64,000 nt of DNA, taken from contig JAPEUG010000025.1 in the NCBI GenBank assembly GCA_026025795.1, positions 1 through 64,000 on the forward strand, written 5' to 3'. The DNA is from Thelocarpon superellum. Taxonomy: Eukaryota. The translations under genes and the position numbers were made by a program. Position 1 is the stretch's first letter. Every line of letters begins with the position of its first letter. The notes beneath the pieces are model-generated. The model searched no databases. It saw nothing but the letters and a program-made list of their open reading frames with translations, and was not told the DNA's origin. This document shows positions 46,325 through 58,033 of the stretch, one piece after another.

Positions 46325-47825
46325 GCGTTCATAGATGGACTACATTTGAACACTTCGCGCTTGGCGCTTGGCGTTCAGCGCTCGGCGTCGACAGGGATGC
46401 AGTTGGAAAGTATAAAGAGTCGTAGAATGTAGACGGCAAATCTGCTCTTTCATCTTTCAATGAATGACATGTTTGTCAGGAGAACCTCAGACCAGCGACT
46501 CCAATGTCGAAGACCTGTAAAATGGTGTCAGCAACAGCCCGGCAGTTCTTGTTCGTCTGAGCTCGTACGGTCGTTCTGTGCGTCACGGGACTACAACCGG
46601 CGACTGCGTCCCGTGACTATGATCCCACCAGGCAGCTGTTGCGCAGAGGGAATACAGTGTAGATAGTATTAAGGCTAATATAGCTTTTCAAGCTCTGCTT
46701 GGGTCTCCTAATACCAATTATGTGGGGACTGACAAAGCAGCATTTCCTCTTCCGCCTTCCATGACCAACTGCTGATTATGTCATCTTCCAACAGCAGCAA
46801 GCTACGGAAATCCACCCACTTTGACGGTCGATGAAATAGAGCGCATCGGGGTCTTAGCAGACGACGCGAGTTATCAACAGACCTGTGGCCGTGAAACAAA
46901 AATGTCGCTCCGTGCTCGTACGAGCCTCAAGGATGCATTTTCCGACTCGAGACCACCCGCCCCTGTGGGCGACCAGTTGGCCGAACTTAGGACGTCGCAC
47001 ATTGTTCTAAACGAGGTGCTCAAACGAAGCCTCTAGTTGTAATCCTGACATGTTTGGTTGCGATTATGCGCGCCGGTCTGGACATCAGTACCCTTCTACG
47101 CACCCATGTGTCGGCCTTCCTCTCTTCCAGCAGACCGGCTCATGCTGCATACGCGGCGTGTACGGTCAGACCCGGGAAACCCCAAATGATGTAGCAGTGA
47201 CAACAATAATGATAATAATAACGATGAGTAGTCAAACACGAAGTACAAGTACAGGTAGAGCAAAAGAGACGAGAAGAAAGGGACAATTCCAAGAGCGAGA
47301 AACAAGTCCTTGACCTCATCTCCTCACCACCTCCCTTCCTCCTCCATTCATAACATCCCGACCTCTCTTGTCTCACTTGGGATGGTAATTATAGTGCATC
47401 GCGGTGCCTTGGTATCTTCATCGCAGCCAAGTCAAAGAGTTAGCGATCGGCAACTCGCATCACACATCCAAATGCCGATAGAAGCACAACGACAATGATC
47501 TAATCAGCAGTCAGCAATCAGCAGTCACAAACCGACCCACCACCACGCTTTCCCACCACTCACGCACTCCCACCACCCATGACTCCAACCACCTGGCACA
47601 GTGATGATGATCAGGGACAGTCATTCCGATGTCGTTCTCGATATTGTTGCCCAGCCGGCGCACGTACACTCCGCGCGGTAGCGGTACTCCGATCCTAGCG
47701 GCGCCACGCCTCCGTACCGTACAGCACCTCACGGTTGTATCAACGGCTCTCCCATCGTCATGTTGTCGCTGTCACTGCCGCTGTCGATGGTTTGTCCCCG
47801 GCTCGGCATTGCAGACTGTCTTGTC

Positions 47826-49613
47826 CTAGCTCCACTCCCGGCCCTCTCGGCCCTCTCGACCGTCGTGTGCCAGCTCTCCGTTCTCGAGGTGGTTAACCAT
47901 GATTCCGTTCCACTCTCTTGTTGCACTTTCTTCCAACCGCTCCTGGTCCCGCGCCCTCCCCTTCCCCTTCCTCTTGCCTTTGTCGCTTTCCAGCCGCTCG
48001 GCCCACTCGCGAGTCAGCGTTCCCGTCGCCACCCCCCACTCCAGCATGCCGCAGAGTCGCCGGCCGCGTGCGTCGCGAGTGTCCAGGTTGTCGCAGCTTA
48101 TACGGTGTAGCTGCTGGATGCGCAGCTCGATATCTTCACGACGTGCGTGGTGTGCGAGATATACTCGGTCTCGTTGCTGTTGCCGTTGGGGGTGGGCGTG
48201 GTAGTGTTGGAGGTCGAGGCCTATGTGCTCGACGTCTTCCCAGTGTCGTTGGCGCGGGTCATGCTGTTCGAGACGGTCTAGGTGATCCATTACTTGACGG
48301 TGTTCGTACCGGGTAGCTGCTTCTGCGTCGGCGACTTTGGCGGCGTATTCGCTGGCTTCGGCTTCGGCTCCGGCTTCTGGCTCTGCGAGGTCAACGCGGC
48401 TCTTACCTTGCTGGTTGTTGCCGTCGTCGTCCTTGTCCTTGTCCGAACCTGAGTGGTCCGAGTGGTCTTGGTGGTCTCTGTTCCAATCGTCCTTTTCATC
48501 ATCGTTGTCATCCGAGGCCGACGACTCCGTGTCCGAATCCGAACTCGAACCCGATGAATCTGGCGCTGGATCGGCTTCAGTGGCGTGTTCAGCGTCAGTC
48601 TCATCACCTACTTCAGTCGCCGATGAGAAGTCAAAGTCGCTATTGGAGGGGGAAGGAACGGCCATATTGACGCCCATTCCGAAGTCGATTCCGATTTCCG
48701 ACTCCGTCTCCACGTGAATCTTTTCATCGGTTTCAGTTGTCGTCTCCTTTCCCTTTCCCCTTCCATCTTCGTCTCCACGGCTCCCGCTCTGACCCTGGCT
48801 CACGACCTGCTGTTTGAACTGCTTTAGGTACCTGGTCTGGAACCTAGTGTACAATATCCTAGTCCCCAGCCAGGTACGGGGCAAGTCTTCGTCGCGACCA
48901 TCGTCGGCCTCGTCGGCAACGTCGTTGCCATTGTCATTGGCGGCGTATCCTTGTCCTGCTTCGGTGACTGACGCAATGTCCGACCCGTTTTCCGCCTCCA
49001 CGTCTGAACCTGTTACCTTCTCCTTTCCCTTTCTCTGGTCCGGCTCCATGTCCGTGTCCGTGTCCGTGGCTCGTTGCTTTCCCTTGACCTTATCTCTTCC
49101 TGGACTCCAGTCCTCGCTCCACTTCGGGTCCAAGCGGCGATTCGGCGCCGGGCGAACAGGGGTCCAGCCGTTGACCGAGAGGCCCCTCGGTACCTGACGA
49201 ACAGGCGCGACAGGGTACGCAGGATAGGCAAATTCCTGCCTGGATCCAGATCCACATCTAGATCCGCAATTGCATGCACGAGTGGCTCCACGAGTGGCTC
49301 CTTTCCCGATTGCCGCTCCAAGCGGCCCATAGACGATCTTCTCCAGAACGACATCCAGTCTCTGTTCCAGACTGCTCGTCCGTCCCTGGTGTCTAATCAA
49401 GTCTTTTTCGAAGCTCTCCAGGTGCGCTTTGTTCCGCTGCGCGGCGGCTTCGAGCTTGTCCAGGCGCTCTTTCACGCCTTGCATATCAATTCTCCCTGCC
49501 GTTGCAGCGGCGGAGACGAAGGACGCCACCTTCGTCTTCTTGGTTGGCGGTGCTCCGTCCTTGTTCTTCTCGATGGCATTGCCCTCGTCGCTTGGTGATG
49601 TGGGGTTCTTCAT
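47826..49613 (-). CDS. Orphan acidic, low-complexity protein, 595 aa
   Basis: Long uninterrupted ORF with NLS-like PPTKKTK, an N-terminal coiled coil and a D/E/S-rich middle; no family recognised. Confidence 0.55.
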   Translation of the reverse strand: MKNPTSPSDEGNAIEKNKDGAPPTKKTKVASFVSAAATAGRIDMQGVKERLDKLEAAAQRNKAHLESFEKDLIRHQGRTSSLEQRLDVVLEKIVYGPLGAAIGKGATRGATRACNCGSRCGSGSRQEFAYPAYPVAPVRQVPRGLSVNGWTPVRPAPNRRLDPKWSEDWSPGRDKVKGKQRATDTDTDMEPDQRKGKEKVTGSDVEAENGSDIASVTEAGQGYAANDNGNDVADEADDGRDEDLPRTWLGTRILYTRFQTRYLKQFKQQVVSQGQSGSRGDEDGRGKGKETTTETDEKIHVETESEIGIDFGMGVNMAVPSPSNSDFDFSSATEVGDETDAEHATEADPAPDSSGSSSDSDTESSASDDNDDEKDDWNRDHQDHSDHSGSDKDKDDDGNNQQGKSRVDLAEPEAGAEAEASEYAAKVADAEAATRYEHRQVMDHLDRLEQHDPRQRHWEDVEHIGLDLQHYHAHPQRQQQRDRVYLAHHARREDIELRIQQLHRISCDNLDTRDARGRRLCGMLEWGVATGTLTREWAERLESDKGKRKGKGRARDQERLEESATREWNGIMVNHLENGELAHDGREGREGREWS

Positions 49614-50196
49614 GATAAAGGTAAGCGACTGAGGTTACTAGAATAAAGAAGTGAAGGGTGGCGGCGAGGCAGGAACAACCGTGGACGTGGTCGTGGTCGT
49701 GTTTCTCCGAGAGAAGATGACGCAGAAGTATACAGCAGAGGACCCTCCCGAAAAAAGAAAGAAAAATCCATTGTGCGGACGGAAGGGATTTATAGTCGGC
49801 CAGGGACCCCCCAAGGTGCATCTGAGGAGGAAGTAGAAAGGGGCAAGTGGATGACAAGGGGCCAAGTTTGGAAGGGGGCTGGCCGGGTACCCAGGCAATT
49901 CACCAACCAACTCCGTCTCCAATGGTTATACTGCCGTTTGCAGCCCAACATACACACACACAGCTGGATTTTCAGAGGGCTTTCTCACCCAAAGTTTGGA
50001 AAGGGGGGAACTTGTGAGAATGGATCGTGAGTCACGCTGTTCTATCATCAACCAAGTATCACCAACTGCTTCTACGTCTTCAACCTATCAGTAGTAGGTT
50101 GAAGACGAAATTAGTGACGGGACTTTGTTACTTCTTTGTGGTGCGATGGAATGGAACGCGACGGGAACCTGGGTATATGGGACTATCTACTGACTA

Positions 50197-50300
50197 ACTA
50201 CACCTATAATGGATGTGGACCTGTACGGACATATTGCTACCACACCTGTAATGAATGAGGACCTACGTGGACAGGCTGCAACTACGCCTAGAATGGATGG
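50197..50300 (+). repeat. Degenerate 42-bp tandem repeat x2.5
   Basis: Units start at 50197, 50239 and 50281. Confidence 0.75.
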
Positions 50301-50339
50301 ATGGAGGGATGAACATCGACCGACGTGACTAACCCTAAA

Positions 50340-50880
50340 ATGGACCGGCCCATCCTGTGGACTTGGGCATCATGGCTGCGACGTCAACTTCGAGACTTCG
50401 GCCGGTCCGGGGGGGCTGAGGCTGGTCCTATGTGGGACAATGAGAGGATCAAAGTGGGCAAGTACCTACCGTACGACTCAATATCCGCCGCGACGTCTGT
50501 CGACATCCGGAGCGGCAGGGCCAGCTGCAACGCATCGTGAAGCACTAGCACGACATCTATGCACTTGGTGTCATCCTCCTCGAGATTGGTAAGTGCCTCA
50601 CTGCTCGCGGCTCTGCCTCATCCGCGCTGACGCGAGGCCTCAGGCCTGCGGGTGCCAGCGATCCGCTTCGAGAAGCATGAGTTCCAGTACGCACGCGACC
50701 CCTCTGACGTCCAGGCGGTCTTAATTAAGCGGGCGGCGAAACACATGGAGCCACGTGTAGGTGAAAAGTACGAAAAAGCGGTGTCGAAGTGTCTCCGGGG
50801 TGAGTTTGAGGCGAACGCGCGGCAAAATTTCCGTCGGAAGTAGTGGACATCTTGAAGCGCGCGGCGGACAGTGTGAGAGC
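50340..50880 (+). pseudogene. Decayed C-lobe of a kinase-like domain of the type found with HeLo/HET-S domains
   Basis: DVCRHPERQG...KH*HDIYALGVILLEIG|L...MEPRVGEKYEKAVSKCLRGEF...FRRK(frameshift)VDILKRAADSV. In-frame TAG at 50546-50548, intron 50589-50643, frameshift near 50841. Confidence 0.7.
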
Positions 50881-51369
50881 AGAGGTAGGAAATGTGCGTC
50901 TTGCTTTGACAGGAGTTGGACGCAGGATAGCCGGCTGATAGCTGTTTCTACCACCAAGAGAGACGAAAACGTTAAGGCTCGCCGTTGCAGAGTTGGCAAT
51001 ATTCTTCGTCGTACCTCTCGCAAGCGAACTGGCACCCGGGTACTTCGTACGAGGGCGAGAGCGAGGGCGAGTACTCCCTGTAGCCGAGAAGCTATAGCTG
51101 CAGACGACTTCCAATCCCTCCTGCGACCAACGCTGCTGTAATACCACCAGGTAGTCCTGGTAATGAGCATCGATCCGAGTACTTATTCTGAGACCCTGCA
51201 TCAAGTACTGTACCAATAGAAAACGTGCGGAGGACTGAAGACGCAGGTGGTGGTGGTTCCGGCGACAGGCTGGCGCCATAGACCTTGGCTCGCAGACTCG
51301 CTCCGACATGACGATGGCATTCGCTTGATTCGCATCCTCCGCCTCCCTTTCGTCACGTCACTCGGTAGC

Positions 51370-51377
51370 TGACGTCA
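51370..51377. promoter_or_regulatory. CRE/Atf1-type TGACGTCA upstream of the LEA-like gene
   Basis: Perfect palindrome about 280 nt upstream of the ATG, with a CCCCT nearby. Confidence 0.35.
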
Positions 51378-51648
51378 CCGCCGCCTGCAGGCCCCTCTTC
51401 GACCCAGCACCCAGTGACGCCGGTCAAGGTAAGGCGAAGAAAGATCAGGGTACTCGTACTTCGGATTATATTTGGCCCTCTTCCACGTATAATTGCTCAG
51501 TGCCCTCCCCAAAACCTTTAACCTTCCACACATCAATTACCTCAATCCTCCGTCCTCCGTCTCCGACATCTCTTCCGCTCAGAATTCACGTCACGAATCA
51601 ATAAACTCAAGCGTCTCAGAGTTTCGCGGCCCACCCACGTCAGCCAAA

Positions 51649-52148
51649 ATGATGCGAGTAGCTCTTCAGCGCCGAGGTGGCGTCATCGTCACCTCTACTT
51701 CCACGGCTCTTCGCGTGAACGGCGGCGCGGCAAATGCCTTCTCGACCTCCTCCATTGCGCGGAAATCGGCAACGGAAGCCGTCAAGGATACGGTCAAGAC
51801 GGTGGATCGTACGGTGTCGGATGTGGCGGTAAAGGGAATCGAGCAGGGTCGTAGGTTGCCCTTACAATCATCACCTTCCCGCTTCAGTGATCGATGCATT
51901 ACACGCCACTTTCCTTCCCGACGCGAGTGGAGATGGAGCTAATCACCGTTGCACCTGCAGAAGAAGCTACGGCGAAGGCGAGAGAGGTTATGGGTATCAA
52001 GTCGGAACAGGCCAACGCAAAGGCCCAGGAACTGAAAGGCGAGGCGGCCGGTAAGGCCAGCGAGCTCCACGGCGAGGCTCAGGGAAAGGCCAGCGAGCTG
52101 CAAGGGAAGGCTAAGGGCACGGCGGAAGAGGTCAAGAGGAACTTGTGA
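51649..52148 (+). CDS. Small mitochondrial LEA-domain-like protein; 2 exons
   Basis: Presequence-like N-terminus; 11-mer repeats KAQELKGEAAG/KASELHGEAQG/KASELQGKAKG. Intron 51851-51960. Confidence 0.8.
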
Positions 52149-52200
52149 GGGGGGCTGAAGGTGTCGGGGATATCTTCATGGTCCACACGCTACGTGCACG

Positions 52201-53151
52201 CTAGCTTGCTGGAGGGAGCATCAACACATACTCGCGCGTGCTCAGACCAAATTTGATCAAATCCTTGTCGCGCAGCTCGACGTATCGCGAGGCTGGAACA
52301 GCCTCGTCATTGACCGTGGTACCGTTGGCACTCTCGAGATCGATGAGGTAGGGTCGTACACGGCTAACCTTGTCGCCAAACTCGTTGGTCTTGGTGACGA
52401 AACGGAACTGCAACACGGCATGCTGCTTGGAGCAGCTGGGATGTTCGACGGGGAAGTCGACCACGGCCCGCTCCCGGCCCACCAGCCAACAACTGCGCGG
52501 CGATAGCTCGACCGTCTCGAGCAGATCCGATCCTTTGAAGACGTAGAGCCGCCAGGCATCTTTGGCCGCGGGCTTGCGTGCCTCGGGTGGTTCGTGGTAT
52601 TTCAGCACTACCCCCGCCACGCTGTTGCTCTCGGCTGCCAACGCCCCCGTTTGTTCAAAGTTGGGCGCCTGTTTCTCTGGTACGTCAGGCTGCGCGCTGA
52701 TCGCCACGGCCTGGGACGAATCTTTGTGCGTCATCCCGGCAAACGAGGTAGATTGTGAGGGGAGCGGAGAGCGATTGCGACGAGACGCATGGCGGCCATC
52801 GTCGGGCGCGTGGCGAATGTTCGGACCGGGACTGGGTGGGCTTTTTGAACGTTGTCGTGTTCGATCATCCCGGTGGCGACGGCGATGGGGCTCGTCGTCA
52901 TGATCTCGACGTCGATCGGCACGTCGTGTTCGCTCTCGCTCTCGCTCGCGCTCTCGCTCTCGCTCGCGCTCTCGCTCGTCCTCACGGGGCCCAGTGTGCC
53001 GCTTCGAGGGCCGATCGCGGCTCCGGTCACGCCCGCTGTCGCGCGAGGTCAGCCGCCGTCGTCGCTCATCGTCACTCGAGACGGAAGGCGACAAGGAGTC
53101 CCGTCGTCGCGCTCGATGGGTCGGTGAGCGTCGGTCATCATGACGACCCAT
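52201..53151 (-). CDS. PML1: FHA-domain SNIP1/Pml1-like RES-complex splicing factor
   Basis: RS/RE-rich N-terminus; LKYHEPPEARKP, GRE...HPSCSKQHAVLQFR, PYLIDLESANGT and KFGLSTREY. Confidence 0.9.
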   Translation of the reverse strand: MGRHDDRRSPTHRARRRDSLSPSVSSDDERRRRLTSRDSGRDRSRDRPSKRHTGPREDERERERERERERERERTRRADRRRDHDDEPHRRRHRDDRTRQRSKSPPSPGPNIRHAPDDGRHASRRNRSPLPSQSTSFAGMTHKDSSQAVAISAQPDVPEKQAPNFEQTGALAAESNSVAGVVLKYHEPPEARKPAAKDAWRLYVFKGSDLLETVELSPRSCWLVGRERAVVDFPVEHPSCSKQHAVLQFRFVTKTNEFGDKVSRVRPYLIDLESANGTTVNDEAVPASRYVELRDKDLIKFGLSTREYVLMLPPAS

Positions 53152-55574
53152 TTGAGGTTCAGTACGACCGGGTCTCTGTCGCCCAACGCTCTCTGCGTCA
53201 AAAATGGGTGGAGATGCAATGGCCGATCACGAGATCGATCCAAGGACGGAAAAGTACTTCGTACCGCGTACCTGAGTAGCGCAGGTATGGTACTCGTACC
53301 GCTGTCGGCCAAGGCGGGCGGCAAGACACGCACGGAGATCTTCTACGAGCGTTCGGTCGGCCGCGGCGAACGATGAAACACTCGAGCCGGTCGCAAGAAC
53401 GATGCACGGCCAAAGTATCCGCCGACCGGGCCCTCGCATCAGACCCCAGCCCAACTTCAAACGGCGGATAGTGGGCCAACCAACCGAATGACGGGGGGTC
53501 CGGTAACGAGTACGAGTACGATGCGGTACTATCACTACTAGTACTACTATAGTAGTGGTGTCATCCCTCCATTTCCATGGAGACCCGTGAGATCTCGAAC
53601 TTTCGAAGCTCTTTTAACCTCCTTTAAGCTCCTTCTCCCGTTCGCATGTTGGTGATCTAGGCTCATCTAGAAGGTTACAACATGTCGCAACGCAGCCTGT
53701 TGGAACATCGATGCCGAGATTGAGGATCGGGTATCATTGACGAATCCCTGCTGTGACAATTATGACGCTGTGCGAGGCGCAGCACATGGCGTGCTCAACA
53801 AGATGTGCAAAGCCCATCCACATCCAAGGGTCCAGATCATGCATGGTGGATGGGACGATGCAATCGATCAAGCCGTGACCCACAGCAACTGACCATTCAC
53901 ACCATGTGCAGGAATATTCTATGCGCTATGTACCCGTCCTCCTACGCAGTAGACTACCGGCAGTCATCGGCGCCTCAATGGATATGAAAACTGGATAAGG
54001 TAAAAGTAGCGCGATGCCTCGAGCATGAAGCATGCCGGGCGAGGTCGAATACTTGACTTCCCACCACAACTGTTACGAGCAGCTTGGTAGTAGTGGGTCC
54101 TGCAGAATATCTTTCGACCGCTCCACAGTCAGGCTATATTGTTATAGCCGATTCAGGTACCCGGACCACAGATGACTGGAAGGTGCGACGGTGGCATTCT
54201 AACGACCACCTGGCGCAGGACTAGCCCAAAGGAGAGCAAGGCGAGTCACCTTGCCTCAGGTACCCGAGGTACCGTCGCTACCTTTGGCTAAGGTTGGTGA
54301 CGAGATGGCGGCTGCTGGTCGAAGTGGAGGCGGGAATGCATGCAGGACGGGGGTCCGTCGCCCACGACCGAGAGGCTAACCGGCCCACCGAGCGGCCCCA
54401 AATCCGTTGTGGTATCGACAACGAACATCCTGCGTCGGCCGCGACCTTACACGAGTACGGGGGGACGGAGAAGGCCGCACGAGCGGCGCACGAGCGGTGC
54501 CGTGTGGAGAGCCGACGGTGCACACACTGTTCCTGCGCGTAGCATAGAGGGCGCTGTACAGGGCTTCCTATGGGTCCTCGTCTCTCTCTCTTGTCTCTGC
54601 CGAGGACACCCTCCTCGACCCGTCGAGGCGGATGAGTCCGAGTAAGCAGGGCGGCGTCCCGGGGCAGGCTGTCAAACACCGACACGTTCTGTGATCCTGC
54701 GCAGGAACATGGGGGCGATCGAACGCTAGAATCGTCCTTCGCCCGACCCTCGTCGCCACCCCTCGCCGCCGCGACGGTGAGATGCTGTTGGATCAGGCTG
54801 GCGGTGGCCTGGACAACGTCCTCCGACGCCCAGGCCTGGTGGGACAGGGACCGGTGCGGATGCCTGTCCGCCGCCGACGGGGTAAAAGAAGTCCATCACA
54901 CCACTCGATCCCGTTCCTTTTTGCTTATCCGCCCTGCCGTCCGTAGATCCCCTCGTTTGAGGCAAGGTGCGGTCCCACTGGCGCAATCTCCGGCAGGCCA
55001 TTTGGATCTGCCCTTCGTTTATGTTACGGTTTCCGGTTGGGACGCCCACGTTCCCACACCCCTCCCCACGTCCCCCCAGCACTCGCTGCACCACGCCGAC
55101 CAACCGACCGCCCGACCAGGACCGGCCGACGCTGGAGCAGCGGCGCGATGGTGGCGCCTCGCCCACCATTGCACGAGGCCCTTGCAGCTTCGGGACTAGT
55201 CACCTTCCTTCTCCCCCTTCGATCCTGGCCTGCCGTCGCTGGGGGGCAGGCCCGCGGAGCGCATCGGCTAGGAGGTCGTAGCCAGCAGCAACGAGCAACG
55301 GGCAACGCCGGGCGCTGGCGTGGGCGCACTTGCCAGAGTCTCATCCGTGCATACGGCGGCCGCGTGCGGTTCACCGTGCACATACCGTCTACTGTCTGCT
55401 GCCTCCACTCCGAGCTGCACCGGCTCGGCCGCGCCCATCCGCCATCCGCCCTCCGCCACATCCCATCCGCCATCGACCACCTACCATTGTCGCGGACTCC
55501 TCGTCGGCCCACCCCGCTCAGGCCCGCCCACGACCCGATCATGATCGGATGGCTGGCTCACCTCCACCCCGATC

Positions 55575-58033
55575 ATGAAAGAGCCTCCCTCCGTCGTTCG
55601 GTATCTGCCATGGCGTATCCATGATCGCGATCCGCCTGCCGACATCAAACCCGCCTCTCCACCCGCTCTCTACTCTCTTCCACCCTTGACCTTGGACACG
55701 AGCGTCAACTCCAGCGTCAACTCCAGCGCCGACACCTTACCACACCCGCACCCACCCCCCAGAACCGACGGCGCCAGCACGGCGCATGCGCTCGACAGTC
55801 CCTCTATCGTCGTCGACCATGACGAGATGAATTCCGCATCGCAGCTCAGCCTGGCTACGAGCCGGGCTCAGATCGTAGATGGCGTCGTCCGTCCGTCCAA
55901 GCCCGCCATCCTCACTTCTCCCGACATCTCGACCCCCATCACCGTGGACAGCCCGGCCTCGTTTCCCTCTGTCGTTGCCTCACCCATCACGCCGCACTCA
56001 GCCGCGTCGGCGGGCAAGAACATGCCGCCCTATCATACGGTCTCCTCCGTCGTCGTCGAGCTACCGGGCTCCATCTTGATGGATAATGGTGGCCTACCCA
56101 GCGTACTCGAGAAGGCACGGCGCGGATACGACAGCGATAAGCTACCGTCGGGCTTGATCAAGCGCGTGGACGATCGGAGCCCGGGCAATAGTCCCACCCG
56201 CTCGAGGAAGTCGTCGACCATCTTCGGCCGGTGTGAGCTCGAAGCCTCCTCGCCCCTATCCCCTCGCAAAGGGGACGCTTCGCCCCTGTCACCGCGCGGG
56301 GCGGAGGCGGCCCGAGAGAAGATGCTGGCCCGGAAAGGACGGGTGCCCAATGACTCGCAGAGTGAAGTGCGCCTCCCTGACGGCCATGGCATCGAGGCAC
56401 GTGGCGCTAACGTGAAAAACAGATTGAACGGGTAGGAAAGGTGTTGGCCCGACGCATCCAAAATCTCGAGCGCGAGCTCAAGGAGCGAGACGACAAGATC
56501 AAGGCATACGAGGAGCGTTGCAAGAAGCAAAAGATCGCGCACGACCGCGAGATTGAAGAGATGGCCGCCCGACAGACGAAAGAGCTCACGTTGCTCCAGG
56601 AGCGACTGAAAGCCAAGCCCACAACGACTCGGCAGACGGCGGGCGCCAAGGCCTCGGCCGGATCGGACGACTCGGGCGCCAAGACGCCGACGCAAAGCAC
56701 GGTGCTGTACAGCCATCAACACGCGGCCCGGCCTGCGGATGAGGTGCCGTCCATCACCGTGTCGGAGGATGGTTCGATGCGAGCGGAGGAGGCCGACCGC
56801 GAGGCCGTACGCACGCTCGAGCGCAAGGTGGAGAATGCGATGCAGTGCGTGCAAAATCTCCGAGAGCAGGGCGAACACTCGCGTATGCGCCAGGGCGATC
56901 TCACGCGGCAACTCGAGGATTCCAAGTTGCGAGAGCAGGGGCTCCAGGAGCGGCTCGCGGTGCTCGAGCAAGAACGGGCGTCGCTCTTTGAGGCCGTGGC
57001 GGCGCGAGACCAGCAGGTGCAGAGCTTGGAGCAAGAACTCGGCACGTGGAAAGACGACGTGGACAAGCTCGAGGGCACGGTCCAGAAGTTCATGGGCGCT
57101 CAGCGCGACATGGACGATCGCGACTCTCGCCGCGAGGAGATCGAGCGACGATGCATCTTCTTGCGGAACAAGCTCTCGGAGCGCGAGGAGACGATCAAGG
57201 AGCTGCAAGCGACGTTGAGCAGTCGGGCGTCGACGCCCTTTGGCCACCCGGAGGCACCGGCGTCGCCCGACAGCAGCGGCGGGCGTAACCTCATCTCTCC
57301 CACATCGGATGCAGGCCGATCGGACGTCTCGTACCAGGACCCGTTGTCACACATCCAGTATCTGGAAGGGAAGATTCGGGCCCATCTCGAGGATATCCGG
57401 CTGTACAAGCTCGACGTCCGGGGGTACAAGAAGGATGTCCGCGTGCGGGACGCCAAGATCCGGGAGCTGCACCAAACTCTCCTCGACGCCCGACGATGCC
57501 TGGCCGAGCGCGGTGGCGACGTGGAGATCCCCATCGGTATCGAGCTGGGCGAGTCTCAGGGCCTCGGGATCAGCCCACACACGCCATCGCCGACGAAAGC
57601 CCGGGCTCGCGAGGTGGGGCCCAAAGATCTGGGCACCCAGACTCCGCCCATGACGCCTCAAGCGGCGCCCAGCCCACGCACGCCCGTGTCCCGCTATCAT
57701 CCCGGCGCTGAGGCGGCGGCGGCGGCGGCGGCGGCACGCGCGGAAGTACCGCCATCCCCCTCCCCGTGGCGGCCCCTGGGCCGCGATCGACCGGCAAGTC
57801 CGTCACCGCTCTCGCCGGCGCGGAAAGGACCGACGCCACCGCAAGATCTGATCCCGTCGCCGCTCGCGCTGAGTCGGCGGGAGATGATGACGCAGGGCGA
57901 GGGGCCCAGTGGTCTGCGGCCCCGTCCCGAGGGATCGCCGCGTCGACGACCGGCGCCGGGCGAATCACCTTCCCCGCGCGGCGAGTCTCCCCGGGGCGAA
58001 TCCCCTCGAGGGCTGAATCGTACCGCAGCATGA
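55575..58033 (+). CDS. Uncharacterised coiled-coil protein with S/P-rich termini; at least 2 exons, start uncertain
   Basis: Two ORFs joined in frame by intron 56367-56422 (GCTAAC branch point); heptad-rich; HLEDIRLYKLDVRGYKKDVR block. Confidence 0.65.

Noticed and set aside
53505..53640. Low-complexity, partly palindromic TAC/GTA-rich stretch
   Set aside because: Stems are short (about 8 bp) and explained by simple-sequence composition.
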